This document shows positions 18,222 to 27,968 of a stretch of DNA of 64,000 nt, piece after piece. The stretch spans positions 135,827 to 199,826 of the forward strand of contig CAWHRL010000001.1 of the NCBI GenBank assembly GCA_963831815.1. The letters run 5' to 3'. How positions within the stretch are numbered: position 1 is the stretch's first letter; the number at the start of each line of letters is the position of its first letter. Source of the DNA: Vulcanimicrobiota bacterium (GTDB lineage: Bacteria > Vulcanimicrobiota > Vulcanimicrobiia > Vulcanimicrobiales > Vulcanimicrobiaceae). The position numbers and the translations under genes were made by a program. The notes below the pieces were generated by a model, which saw only the letters and a program-made list of their open reading frames with translations, did not search any database and was not told where the DNA came from.

Positions 18222-18358
18222 GCCCCCGGGAGATACGCCTTGCAGCCGACTACCTCATGCCGAGGTTCTAGGAACCTGTAGGCGCCGACGGCGGTTCTTG
18301 TGAATCAAAGGCCAACGCGCGCCGTATAAGAGACCATGAAGGACCGACTTTTGGAGAG

Positions 18359-19642
18359 ATGCTCAGGATGACAGTCCCTTCCCTCAATTTGAAAGCGACG
18401 CTCTTGGGGCTTGCCGCGCTCGGCGCGCTCCCGCTTCTTGCCGGCTGCGGCAGGAAGGCGCCGCCCGCAACGCCACCGCTGATGGTCGACGCCTCACCGG
18501 CGAGCCGTCAGAATATAGCGACGTATCTGCCGCTTGACGGGCAGATCGCCCCGCTCGAGCAATCGACCCTCGCCTTCCAGCAGAACGGCACCATCCTCAA
18601 GATCAACGTCAATATCGGCGACATGGTGCGCAGGGGCCAGTTGCTCGCGACCATAGATCCGCGGACGCTCCAAGCGCAGCTGGCCCAGGCACAAGCGCAA
18701 GCGGTTCAGTTTTCCGCCAGTGCACAGGGCTCCGTGGTTGGATATCCGGTGCAGGTACAGACCAACGAGGCGGCAGTCCAGACCGCGAAGGCTTCACTGG
18801 CGAACGCCAAGCTCGTCTTCGATCAGAACAAGCAGCTCTACAAACAGGGCTACGTCTCTCAAACAACCTTGCAGCAATCGGAGGCAAACTACGTCCAAGC
18901 CCAACAGACGTATAACAACGCTGTCGTGGGCTTGCGTAATAACGCGGTTAGCGCGCAAAACGTCAAGGCACAGCAAGCGCAGGCCGTTTCTGCAGCGGCG
19001 CAGGCACAGTTGCTCTCCACACAGCTTTCGCAGACCTATCTCTACGCGCCGTACGACGCGGTCGTAGCGAATCGTCTCGTCGATCCCGGCGCATTTGCCT
19101 CTCCGTCGCAGCCGGTTCTCCAGGTTGCCCGCGTCGACAAGGTTTGGATCAACGTCAACGTGCCGGATGAAGATCTGTCCTACGTTCACCCTGGAATCTT
19201 TGTTACGTACCAGTCGAACTCGTTGCCGGGACGTACGTTTAGCGGTCCGGTGCAAACGGTCAACTTGGTTCCGACGGCCGGCACGCTATCGTATCTCGCG
19301 CGGCTGCAGGTGCAGAACCCCGGCTTCGTTTTGCGCGGTGGGATGCTCGTCACCGTGACGGTGACCAAGGCTCGCGCCGCCAATGCGGTGGTCGTACCGC
19401 GCAGCGCGGTGGCCCAGACGCCGAGCGGCGGCAACGTCGTTTACATCGTCGCCGACAACAAGGCACAGGCCGTTCCGGTTCGCGTCGGCGTCCAAACGGA
19501 CACGTTGTCGCAAGTCATCAGTCCGCGGATTGCGCCGGGAACGATGGTGGTAACGACCCGGCCGGACGCGCTCAAGGACGGAAGCGTCGTTGCCGTGAGC
19601 AATGGGAACGCGCCGCCGGCCTCGAACGGCACGGTTCACTGA
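18359..19642 (+). CDS. Efflux transporter periplasmic adaptor subunit (MFP/HlyD family)
   Basis: It has a lipoprotein-like signal (LLAGCG), a long Gln/Ala-rich coiled-coil hairpin, and barrel motifs (APYDAVVANRLVDPGAF, VWINVNVPDEDL). Confidence 0.85.
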   Translation: MLRMTVPSLNLKATLLGLAALGALPLLAGCGRKAPPATPPLMVDASPASRQNIATYLPLDGQIAPLEQSTLAFQQNGTILKINVNIGDMVRRGQLLATIDPRTLQAQLAQAQAQAVQFSASAQGSVVGYPVQVQTNEAAVQTAKASLANAKLVFDQNKQLYKQGYVSQTTLQQSEANYVQAQQTYNNAVVGLRNNAVSAQNVKAQQAQAVSAAAQAQLLSTQLSQTYLYAPYDAVVANRLVDPGAFASPSQPVLQVARVDKVWINVNVPDEDLSYVHPGIFVTYQSNSLPGRTFSGPVQTVNLVPTAGTLSYLARLQVQNPGFVLRGGMLVTVTVTKARAANAVVVPRSAVAQTPSGGNVVYIVADNKAQAVPVRVGVQTDTLSQVISPRIAPGTMVVTTRPDALKDGSVVAVSNGNAPPASNGTVH

Positions 19643-19644
19643 GA

Positions 19645-21249
19645 ATGACGAGAAGCAAGTTTTCTGCGCGAGCGTTCGTCGCCGCACTCGCGCTGGGTAC
19701 CCTTGTGACCACGGTGGCTCACGCGCAAAATGCGCCGAATCCCGGCGGTCTAGTTCCCGGCGTGCAGATGCCGTCGCCGATGCCGCAACCGACGATCAGC
19801 GGCACGCCGCTTCCTTATCCGGCATATGGAACCCCGGCGCCCGACGTCGAGCAGCTCACACCAAAGAAAGGCGTACCGCAGTCGATTTCACTCGCCGACG
19901 CGATCCGGATCGGCGTCGCGCTTTCGCCGACCTTTGCCTCGCAGAATGCGGCGTGGTACGCGATTCACGCGAAATACACCTCGGAGAAACAAGCGCTCTA
20001 TCCTGGGATCAGCGCCAACGCCCAAGCCGGCAGCGAGTACAACAATGGAACGACGAGCAGTTCCTCGTTCGGACCGCGCCCGTCGAGCAGCCCGATATCG
20101 GGGCCGAGCCCTGCGGCGGCGTTCGGGCTCGCCACGCCGGCGCCGTACTCCCAGTCGAGCGTCACGAACGAGTCCGCCACGATCACGGTCACGCAGTTGA
20201 TCTATGACGGCGGACACACGATCGCCGGGATCCGCTCGGCGAAGGAAGCCGACATCGCCGGACGCGCGACGCTGCTGCGTCAACTTCAAACGCTGGCGCT
20301 GAACGTCGCCAACGCGTACTTTGCAGTCCTTGAAAACAATGCGACGGTAACGGCCGATGCGCAGCTCGTACACGAGTTTGAGGTCAACGAAGCTTCGGTC
20401 GCCGCACAGATTCGCAACGGCGCCGCCGCCCGCTCGGATATTGCCGCGGCCCAGTTTCAGACCGCGCAAGCGCGCGGAAATCTCGTCACTGCACAGGGCG
20501 CGGCGATCGGTGCGCAGGCGACCTTTGCAACCACGCTCGGTCTCGACGCTGACGCGATGGTCGTGCCAAAGCAGCTGATGGCCCAACCCGCGGCGCCGAA
20601 TCCAAGCTACACAACTTCACTCAAGCGCGCGTTGATCATGCGTCCCGATTACATTGCGGCCGCTTACACCGTGCAGTCGAATCAGGAGAACCTCCGCTTT
20701 ACAAAGCTCGCCCGCTTCCCGACGCTCGCGGCGGCAGCGAGCGACGGCGTCGCGAGGCAATTCCTCGACTGCTTCTCCACGACCGTGACGGATAACAAAG
20801 GCATTGTCACTCCGGTCTCTGCGTGCCCGGCAGCTCCGCCTAGCTGGTCCAACACGAAGACGCTGGGCCTCAGCCTTAATATTCCCATCTACGACCAGGG
20901 CGTTACGAACTTCAACATCGCGCAGGCCGCCTCGCAGCTCGATCAGGCGATAGCTTCGTTCAACCTGACGAGGCTTACGGTCGAATCCGACGTTCGTTCG
21001 GCGTTGGCGACCTTGATCTCGTCGCGCGCGTCGCTCGTGCAAGCTCGCTCCGAGTTGACTTCCGCGCAAGTCTCGCTGGACGCTACACAGGCTCAGTATA
21101 GAGTCGGCGCGACCACGATTCTCAACGTGGTAACGGCCGAAGCAAACCTTTCGACGGCCCAGTCGGGGTACATCACCGCGCTCTACGGCGTGCAAACGGC
21201 CGAACAAAACTACCTGTTCGCAATGGGCATCAGCGACGTCCAAATTTAG
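19645..21249 (+). CDS. TolC-family outer-membrane efflux protein
   Basis: It has a signal peptide and two repeated halves of coiled-coil/beta segments (LSLADAIRIGVALSPTF..., LKRALIMRPDY...). It is coupled 3 nt after the MFP stop. Confidence 0.85.
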   Translation: MTRSKFSARAFVAALALGTLVTTVAHAQNAPNPGGLVPGVQMPSPMPQPTISGTPLPYPAYGTPAPDVEQLTPKKGVPQSISLADAIRIGVALSPTFASQNAAWYAIHAKYTSEKQALYPGISANAQAGSEYNNGTTSSSSFGPRPSSSPISGPSPAAAFGLATPAPYSQSSVTNESATITVTQLIYDGGHTIAGIRSAKEADIAGRATLLRQLQTLALNVANAYFAVLENNATVTADAQLVHEFEVNEASVAAQIRNGAAARSDIAAAQFQTAQARGNLVTAQGAAIGAQATFATTLGLDADAMVVPKQLMAQPAAPNPSYTTSLKRALIMRPDYIAAAYTVQSNQENLRFTKLARFPTLAAAASDGVARQFLDCFSTTVTDNKGIVTPVSACPAAPPSWSNTKTLGLSLNIPIYDQGVTNFNIAQAASQLDQAIASFNLTRLTVESDVRSALATLISSRASLVQARSELTSAQVSLDATQAQYRVGATTILNVVTAEANLSTAQSGYITALYGVQTAEQNYLFAMGISDVQI

Positions 21250-21285
21250 GGGCCGGCCTGGCCTAGGGCGACGAACTCCCAGCAC

Positions 21286-22449
21286 ATGATTCCTCGGGCT
21301 TCCGAAACGCCGGCGACGATTTCGGATTCCGTCAACGCTGCGATCCTCGCAATCTCGGAAGACCGTCTGACGGGCTTTCAGACCGATCCTTTCGGCGCGA
21401 TTGCGCTGCGCAGCGGCATTCCCGTCGAAACGGTCATCGAGCGCGTCGTTGCAATGCTCGAGGCGGGCACGATTCGGCGCGTTCGTCAGACGCTGCTCTC
21501 GACGAGCCTGGCGAGCGGCGCGCTCTGCGCGTGGGAGGTTGCGCCGGAACGGCTCGATGCAGCGTTCGAGTATATGTTCAGGGAAGATCCATTCTCCGGA
21601 CATGTCGTCATTCGCACGACCGATGCAGTCACGCCGGGCAGCAGCTACCGGCTTTGGACGACGCTGAAAGTGCCGCAGGGATTTTCGCTGCAAAAACACG
21701 CCGATTGGGTGCGCCGGCACGTCGGCGCCGAGCGCTTCCGGTTGATGCCGGCGAAGATGCTCTTCACGCTTGGCGTCGGGCACGTCCGCCGCCGCGGCCT
21801 GGAACCAGGAGCTCGCGCCGACGAGCCGGCGCGCCCGCTCGAGGCCGCGGTCGTGAAGCTCTCCGAACTAGAGTGGCGGGTGCTGACCGCGCTCAAACGC
21901 GAGTTTTCGCCGCACGAGATCGCGCGCGACCTTTGGCGACCGCGTGCGCTCGAAGCCGGCGTCGAATTCGAAATCTTCGTTTCGGTGGCTCAAGAGCTCG
22001 AACGGCGAGGCGTGATCGGCCGCTTCTCGACCTTCCTGGAGCACGTGAAGCCGACCGCCGGTAACGAACGCGCGACGCGCTATAATGCGCTCTTTCACTG
22101 GGCCGTTGCGCCCGGACGTGAGGTCGAGACCGGCTGCGAGGTAGGTCGCCACTACGTCATAACCCACGCCTACTGGCGCGAAGGCGGCCCCGAGTTCCGC
22201 AACGTCAACGTCATGGCGGTCGCCCACGGCATGGAAAAGGCGGTCGTGTTGGCGCATAAGGCCGCAATCGACGCGCACTTGCGGGAAGCCGGCATCGATT
22301 TTGCATATACAAACGTCTTCTGGGGCGGCCGCAGCGAGATCAAGCCGTCCGAGATCGTGCCCGCCGCGTATCGCGAGTTCTGCGCGGCTCACGGAATCGA
22401 CCCGGAAACGATGCGCGCCGGCGACGGCGAGGGAGGAGCGTCCGCTTGA
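21286..22449 (+). CDS. Tandem Lrp/AsnC-like domain protein resembling fused siroheme decarboxylase (NirD/NirG, AhbA/AhbB-like) subunits
   Basis: Two repeats each have an HTH-like segment followed by a ligand-domain-like segment. The first has GIPVETVIERVVAMLEAGTIRRV...CAWEVAPERLDAAFEYM...YRLWTTLKVP. The second has ELERRGVIGRFSTFL...ALFHWAVAPG. The CDS is confident. The function is tentative. Confidence 0.45.
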   Translation: MIPRASETPATISDSVNAAILAISEDRLTGFQTDPFGAIALRSGIPVETVIERVVAMLEAGTIRRVRQTLLSTSLASGALCAWEVAPERLDAAFEYMFREDPFSGHVVIRTTDAVTPGSSYRLWTTLKVPQGFSLQKHADWVRRHVGAERFRLMPAKMLFTLGVGHVRRRGLEPGARADEPARPLEAAVVKLSELEWRVLTALKREFSPHEIARDLWRPRALEAGVEFEIFVSVAQELERRGVIGRFSTFLEHVKPTAGNERATRYNALFHWAVAPGREVETGCEVGRHYVITHAYWREGGPEFRNVNVMAVAHGMEKAVVLAHKAAIDAHLREAGIDFAYTNVFWGGRSEIKPSEIVPAAYREFCAAHGIDPETMRAGDGEGGASA

Positions 22450-24113
22450 AGCGAGGAGCCCGTCGTGCTGTCGCGGCACTCGCCGCGGTATGCGCTCTTG
22501 GCGGCTGCACGAAGGTGAGCAACGGCACGACGAGCGTTGGTTCCAATAGCTGGACGATTCCGGGGGTGCTGCGCTTCTCCGAGTTCTCCGATCCGAAGAA
22601 TCTCAACCCCGCCCTCAACTCGGCGACGCCGACGCTCGATCTCTCAATGTTCATTTTCTCTTGGACGGTGCGGTACGACGCCAACGGGCGCCCGGTTCCC
22701 GATGCGATCACCGAACTCCCGACTGTGGCCAACGGCGACGTGAGCAAAGACGGCTTGACGCTGAAGTACAAGCTTCGCCCGAACATCAAATGGCAAGACG
22801 GTCAGCCGTTGACCTGCAACGATCTCAAGTTCACGTGGCAGGTCGTGATGAACACACACAATAACGTCATCACGACCGACGGCTACAAAGACATCGGCAG
22901 CATCGACTGCAGCGATCCGCACGTCGCCGTCGTTCATATGAAGAGACTCTACGCTCCGTTCTTGCAGCAGCTGTGGAGCGTGAACGGCAACGCGCCGATA
23001 CTGCCCGAGCACCTGCTCGCAAAATACAACGACGACAAGGGGTCGTTCAACACCGCACCTTACAACTCTCTGCCGATCGGCAGCGGCCCGTTCAAAGTCG
23101 TTGCGTGGAATCGCGGACAGGACGTTCGTATGGTCGCCAATCCGGATTTCTACCTCGGGCGGCCGAAGCTGAAGGAAGTGATCTATAAGATTCTTCCCGA
23201 CGAGAATACCGCGGTGACGCAGCTTCAAACGCACGAGTTGGATATGCTGGCGCTGGGAACGGGCCTCAAATGGCCGGAGTACGCGGGGCTGGCAGCGGAC
23301 CCGCGCAATGGCTTGAAAGCGATTCGAGTCGATGCCTTCGCCTGGGAGCACATCGACTTCAATTTAAGGCATCCGATCGTCGGCGACGTTCAGGTGCGCC
23401 GAGCGCTCGCGTATGCGACGGATCGGGGCGAAATCATCAACAAGGTCGCGCACGGCTCGGCTATTCCGGCGAATACGGATCAGCAGCCTCGCTACTCGTG
23501 GGCGTACACCGACGACATCGTGCACTATCCGTTCGATCCCGCCAAGGCCAAGGCGCTGCTCGACGCGGACGGTTGGAAGGTGGGACCGGACGGCATAAGG
23601 GTCAAGAACGGTCAGCGTCTCGAATTCACGCTGAGCACGCAAACCGAGTCCACGATCGGAAAGGCGAACGAGACGGTCCTCCAGCGGCAGTGGCGCGACG
23701 TCGGTGCGCAGGCCGACGTCAAGAACTATCCGACCAGTCAGTTCTTCGATAACTCGACGAACGGAATTCTGGAAGGGGGACACTACGATGTCGCGCTCTT
23801 TAGCTGGATCGGCGCCGCCGACCCCGACGATAGCGCGATCTACTCGGGCGCCAACCTAGCCCCGCACGGGCAGAACGCGATGTTCTGGACCAATCGCGCG
23901 GCAACCGACGCGATGACCGACGCCCTCAAGACGATCGATCAGGCGCGAAGGAAACGCGACTACACTGTCGTTCAGCAGCAGCTCGCACTCGACGTGCCGA
24001 CCATCATTCTCTTCTTTCAGCGTTTTCCGTTCGTCTACAACACCGACCTGAAGGGATTCGATCCGTCACCGGTCATTACGGCTTTCTGGGATCCTTGGAA
24101 CTACTCGATTTAG
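22446..24113 (+). CDS. ABC transporter substrate-binding protein, family 5 (peptide/nickel, OppA/DppA-like)
   Basis: It has a lipoprotein signal (LGGCTK). LTLKYKLRPNIKWQDGQPLTCNDLKFTW and GSGPFKVVAWNRGQ are typical SBP_bac_5 segments. Confidence 0.88.
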   Translation: MKRGARRAVAALAAVCALGGCTKVSNGTTSVGSNSWTIPGVLRFSEFSDPKNLNPALNSATPTLDLSMFIFSWTVRYDANGRPVPDAITELPTVANGDVSKDGLTLKYKLRPNIKWQDGQPLTCNDLKFTWQVVMNTHNNVITTDGYKDIGSIDCSDPHVAVVHMKRLYAPFLQQLWSVNGNAPILPEHLLAKYNDDKGSFNTAPYNSLPIGSGPFKVVAWNRGQDVRMVANPDFYLGRPKLKEVIYKILPDENTAVTQLQTHELDMLALGTGLKWPEYAGLAADPRNGLKAIRVDAFAWEHIDFNLRHPIVGDVQVRRALAYATDRGEIINKVAHGSAIPANTDQQPRYSWAYTDDIVHYPFDPAKAKALLDADGWKVGPDGIRVKNGQRLEFTLSTQTESTIGKANETVLQRQWRDVGAQADVKNYPTSQFFDNSTNGILEGGHYDVALFSWIGAADPDDSAIYSGANLAPHGQNAMFWTNRAATDAMTDALKTIDQARRKRDYTVVQQQLALDVPTIILFFQRFPFVYNTDLKGFDPSPVITAFWDPWNYSI

Positions 24114-24126
24114 GGAGCGGCGAGAA

Positions 24127-25773
24127 ATGAAAAAAGAGTCTTTACACGCAGTCGTCCTTTTCGCCGCGCTGGCGGCGTTGTGCTCATGCACGAAGACGGG
24201 AACGGTGGCCGGGCCAGGCGGCCGCGCTAACGCTTGGACTCAGCCGCACGTGCTGCGTTTTGCCGATGCCGGAGACGTCAACACGCTCAACCCGCATCTC
24301 GGCCAGTTCGCCGACGTCGGCTATCTATCGTCGCTGACGATGGCCTGGCTGGTGAAGTGGGACTTGCACAACCGCGCCTATCCCGAGCTCGCAACGCAGG
24401 TGCCGGATCAAGAGAACGGCGGCGTGAGCAAAGATGGGCTGACGATCACGTATCACCTACGCAGGGGCGTGCGGTGGTCGGACGGCGCGCCGTTCAACGC
24501 CGACGACGTCGTTTTCTCGACGCGGGTCGTGCTCAATCCCGCCAATAACGAGATCGGACGGCTCGGATGGGATCAAATCACGAAAATCGACGAGCCGGAT
24601 AAGTTCACCGTCGTCTACCATATGCGAAAGCCGTACTCGCCGTTCGTCGAGACGTTCTTTTCAAGCGCCGGCGCCAATCCATGCGTTCTCCCCAAGCACC
24701 TGCTGGCGCAATATCCCAACATCAACCACGTTCCGTACAACTCGCTGCCGGTCGGAATTGGGCCTTTCAAATATGAGCGCTGGGATCGCTCGCAAGACGT
24801 CGTGCTCGTCCCCAACCCGCTCTACTGGCGCGGCCAGCCAAAACTGAAGGAGATCATTTACAAGATCGTTCCCGACCGCAATACGGTGCTCTCCCAGCTG
24901 CAGGCGCACGAGCTCGATCTGTGGCCGACCACCCCGGGGGCCTATCTCGGGCGCGTGCAAGCGATCCCGGGCGTCTCGGTTCTGCGACAAGCGGGCTATT
25001 ACTTCGGTCACCTCGACTTCAATACGACGCGCCCCCGCGTTCGCGACCCGATTGTCCGCGAGGCGTTGCGGATGGCGGTAGATCGGCGCACGCTTCGGGA
25101 CAAGATCGGGCGCGGCGTCGGGATCCTCCAGGAAGTCACGACGCCGCCTACCGCGCCGTATGCCGTGACCTCCATTCCGATGGCCCCGTTCGACATCACG
25201 CGGGCCAACGCGCTGCTGGACCGAGACGGCTGGAGTCGCGGCCCCGACGGCATTCGTCAGAAAAACGGCGTGCGGCTTTCCCTTGACTTCGCGACCTCGG
25301 CCGGGACGCCGGATGCCGACGAGATGATCGAGCTGATCCGTTCGACCTGGAAACAGATCGGGGTCGACATCACCGTCCGGCACTATCCTCCCAACCTGAT
25401 GTTCGCCCCGACCGCGGACGGCGGCATCATCTATTCGAACGATAAGTGGGACGTGGTGACGTTTCAATGGTCGAACGAGGCGATCGGCGATTACTCGCCG
25501 ATCTATTCGTGCAAATCGTTTCCACCGAACGGCCAAAACAACATACGCTGGTGCAATCCACGCGCGCAAGCCGCGATCGATGGGCTCTTCGGTCACTTTC
25601 AGCAGGCGCAGCGCAATGCCGACGTTCTCGTCGTTCAACAGGAGCTCGACCGGGACGCACCCACCATCGTGACCACTCTGCGCGAAGACGTCTACGGCCA
25701 CAACTCGGACATGAAGAACTTTCATCCGAACGCGATCACCCCGTTCGACAATATGATGGATGTCGATATATAG
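24127..25773 (+). CDS. ABC transporter substrate-binding protein, family 5 (paralog of the preceding gene)
   Basis: It has a lipoprotein signal (ALCSCTK). LTITYHLRRGVRWSDGAPFNADDVVFS and GIGPFKYERWDRSQ parallel the upstream paralog. Confidence 0.88.
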   Translation: MKKESLHAVVLFAALAALCSCTKTGTVAGPGGRANAWTQPHVLRFADAGDVNTLNPHLGQFADVGYLSSLTMAWLVKWDLHNRAYPELATQVPDQENGGVSKDGLTITYHLRRGVRWSDGAPFNADDVVFSTRVVLNPANNEIGRLGWDQITKIDEPDKFTVVYHMRKPYSPFVETFFSSAGANPCVLPKHLLAQYPNINHVPYNSLPVGIGPFKYERWDRSQDVVLVPNPLYWRGQPKLKEIIYKIVPDRNTVLSQLQAHELDLWPTTPGAYLGRVQAIPGVSVLRQAGYYFGHLDFNTTRPRVRDPIVREALRMAVDRRTLRDKIGRGVGILQEVTTPPTAPYAVTSIPMAPFDITRANALLDRDGWSRGPDGIRQKNGVRLSLDFATSAGTPDADEMIELIRSTWKQIGVDITVRHYPPNLMFAPTADGGIIYSNDKWDVVTFQWSNEAIGDYSPIYSCKSFPPNGQNNIRWCNPRAQAAIDGLFGHFQQAQRNADVLVVQQELDRDAPTIVTTLREDVYGHNSDMKNFHPNAITPFDNMMDVDI

Positions 25774-27133
25774 CAAAGGCAAGCAGAGCGCAGCCGAGCA
25801 GCGATAGCGCGCGCAGCAGCGCCCAGGCCGGAACCGGCGCGAGCAACCCGCTCGCGCCCTGCTCGGCGGACCAGACGGCCGCGATCGATGCGCCCGGCGG
25901 CGCGTGAAAGGCACCGAGCGGACCGGGCCAGACCGGTAAGGGATTCTGAGTCGCCAGCCAGGCCGCAACGACGAAGACTACCGCGAATGCGGGCGTGACG
26001 AAGAGCGCGTCGCGCAACTGCGATCGTTGCCCGAGAGCACCGAATGCTGCCAACGCCGCCATCGCGAGCAACGCGCTCTGCGCGATGCCGGTCGGCCGCT
26101 GCGCGAGGCCAAGCCAGTCGACGCATACCAACAGCGTGCCCGCGAGCGCGAGCGCGCGGCTCGTTTCGCGCGTTCGAAGCGCGCACCAAATCGCGGCCGG
26201 GTAAGCGACGACGAGATCGTGTTCGTGAACGAACCCCGCCACGAACGGTATCAACGCCGAAAATGCCGCGAAGCGCGCGAACGGGTTGTCGACGCGGCGG
26301 GCGAGCTGGACCGCGGCGACGATCGCAAGAACGGCGAGGCCGGCGTCGACGAAGCGTGCCGCTGCGGGCGTCGTTCCGAGGCCGCGAGCGATTGAGAACG
26401 CGGTAATCTGGATTGCCGAGAATCGTTCAGTCCAGCCGTGCGCGACGATGACGCGGGCGTATGCGAGCGGCCACGCGTAGCCGTAGTAGAGCCAACCGAT
26501 CGCGTAAGTAATCGCCGCGGCGAGGAGCAGCGCGAGCGCAACGCGACCGCTGCGAAGCCGAGCGATCAGTCCGAGCGCGAGGTTTGGCTGCGCGAACGCA
26601 ACGCAAGCCGAGATCGTTGCGACGAGCAATGATCGTTCGGCGGTGATTGCGACCAACACCGCTGCGAGAAAGGCCGGCAGCGCAATCTGTCCGAGTGCCA
26701 GGTCGCTGGTGATCGGACCGAATCCGATCGCAAGCGAAAGCGCCGCCAGGAAGGGCCCCGGGCCGAGCGTTGCTTCGCCGGCGTAGAGCACGGCTGCGAC
26801 CAGTCCAAAGAGACTCGCCATCAGAATCGCCGACCAGCAAGCCGCGGCGATCTCGTATGGCAGCCGCGCGAAAAGGTTCCATACGGCTAAGGTGGCGGGC
26901 GGATTGACGAACGGCAAGATCTCGTCGCGCGCGCGTTCGACCCCCGCAACGGCACGTTCGGCCTTCCAAATCGCTCGGCCGTACGGATCGTCGTGCGCGA
27001 TCCACGCCGAGCCGGCCGCCCAGTAGGCCTCGAAGTCGCGCAAAAATGGTCCCGGTTGGGGCGCAGGACGCGCCGCAAAGAGCGCGACGGCGATACACGT
27101 CCACGCAATGGCGAGCAGAACGTTGCGCGTCAC
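25736..27133 (-). CDS. Polytopic membrane glycosyltransferase, GT87/DUF2029-like
   Basis: From the GTG at 27133 (a GTGA overlap with the M50 protease stop) it reads VTRNVLLAIAWTCIAVALF...FLRDFEAYWAAGSAWIAHDDPYG...ILPFVNPPATL, followed by many TM helices. The 737-aa track ORF merges it with antisense sequence of the M50 gene. Confidence 0.6.
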   Translation of the reverse strand: MTRNVLLAIAWTCIAVALFAARPAPQPGPFLRDFEAYWAAGSAWIAHDDPYGRAIWKAERAVAGVERARDEILPFVNPPATLAVWNLFARLPYEIAAACWSAILMASLFGLVAAVLYAGEATLGPGPFLAALSLAIGFGPITSDLALGQIALPAFLAAVLVAITAERSLLVATISACVAFAQPNLALGLIARLRSGRVALALLLAAAITYAIGWLYYGYAWPLAYARVIVAHGWTERFSAIQITAFSIARGLGTTPAAARFVDAGLAVLAIVAAVQLARRVDNPFARFAAFSALIPFVAGFVHEHDLVVAYPAAIWCALRTRETSRALALAGTLLVCVDWLGLAQRPTGIAQSALLAMAALAAFGALGQRSQLRDALFVTPAFAVVFVVAAWLATQNPLPVWPGPLGAFHAPPGASIAAVWSAEQGASGLLAPVPAWALLRALSLLGCALLAFAIYRHPSYCRTG

Positions 27134-27945
27134 CAACCGAATGTGCCGCTCGCCTGCGGTGTTGCGATGACGTGCGACTGCGCCATAACGAAGAAGAGTC
27201 CAAGGACCGTTGCAAGATACCAGAGACTGACGCGAACGCGCGCGCTCAACGTCATGCTCGCAGCGCGCGGATCGACCTGACCTCTCCAGGCAGCGGCCAT
27301 GGCCGGCACACCGAGAACGCCGATGATGACGACAAAGAGCACCGGAACGTGCATGAATATTGCAAAGGCCACGAAGATCAGGAATCCGCCAAACCACAAC
27401 GGTGGCCAGATCGCGCCGATGATTCGTCCGCCGTCGAACGGGGGCACCGGAATCATATTGAAAAGATTCAAGAAAGCGGAGAGATCCGCAACGGCAAACC
27501 AGAAGCGGTCTTGTTTGATGTCGCCGATTGCATAGCAGGCTGCGGCGAGTCCCAAGCCGACGAGCGGCCCGGCGAGGGCGATGTATGCGTCTTGCTCGAG
27601 ATCCGCCGGAACCGCCCCGGCGGTGAACGCGCCGAGCAGCGGAACGAAAGCGGGTAGACGCGCCGGCAGGCCGTAGGCGCGAAACGCGAAGTAGTGTCCG
27701 AGCTCGTGCGCGAGCAAGAGCAGCATCAGGACGACTGCCAGCTTCCAGCCGAAGATCACGACGTAGATCCAGAGTGAGAGCAAGAAAGTCCAGCTGACGG
27801 CGAACAGCTTCGCTCCAAAGAGTAAGAGAAACTTGAACTTGAGCGCAAACGCCACAATCGCGGCGAGGAGCGCGCCGATGCCGCTGCGGCGTCGCACCGT
27901 CTTCGGCGGCTCGGGTTTTGGCTCGGTCGGCGGGAGGTATTCCAC
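27130..27945 (-). CDS. Site-2 protease family (peptidase M50) membrane metalloprotease
   Basis: It has the HELGHYFAF zinc motif in a TM helix and NLFNMIPVPPFDGGRI (the second conserved motif). Confidence 0.82.
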   Translation of the reverse strand: MEYLPPTEPKPEPPKTVRRRSGIGALLAAIVAFALKFKFLLLFGAKLFAVSWTFLLSLWIYVVIFGWKLAVVLMLLLLAHELGHYFAFRAYGLPARLPAFVPLLGAFTAGAVPADLEQDAYIALAGPLVGLGLAAACYAIGDIKQDRFWFAVADLSAFLNLFNMIPVPPFDGGRIIGAIWPPLWFGGFLIFVAFAIFMHVPVLFVVIIGVLGVPAMAAAWRGQVDPRAASMTLSARVRVSLWYLATVLGLFFVMAQSHVIATPQASGTFGW

Positions 27946-27968
27946 GCAACCCTCTTCAACCGCATCGC

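Noticed and set aside
25736-27949. A single 737-aa ORF spanning the whole region.
   Set aside because: Its N-terminal third is Arg/Ser-rich and lies antisense or out of frame to a clean M50 protease gene (27130..27945, with HELGH and NxxPxxPxDGG motifs). The GT87-like membrane protein starts plausibly at the GTG at 27133 with a GTGA overlap. I therefore split it into two genes.
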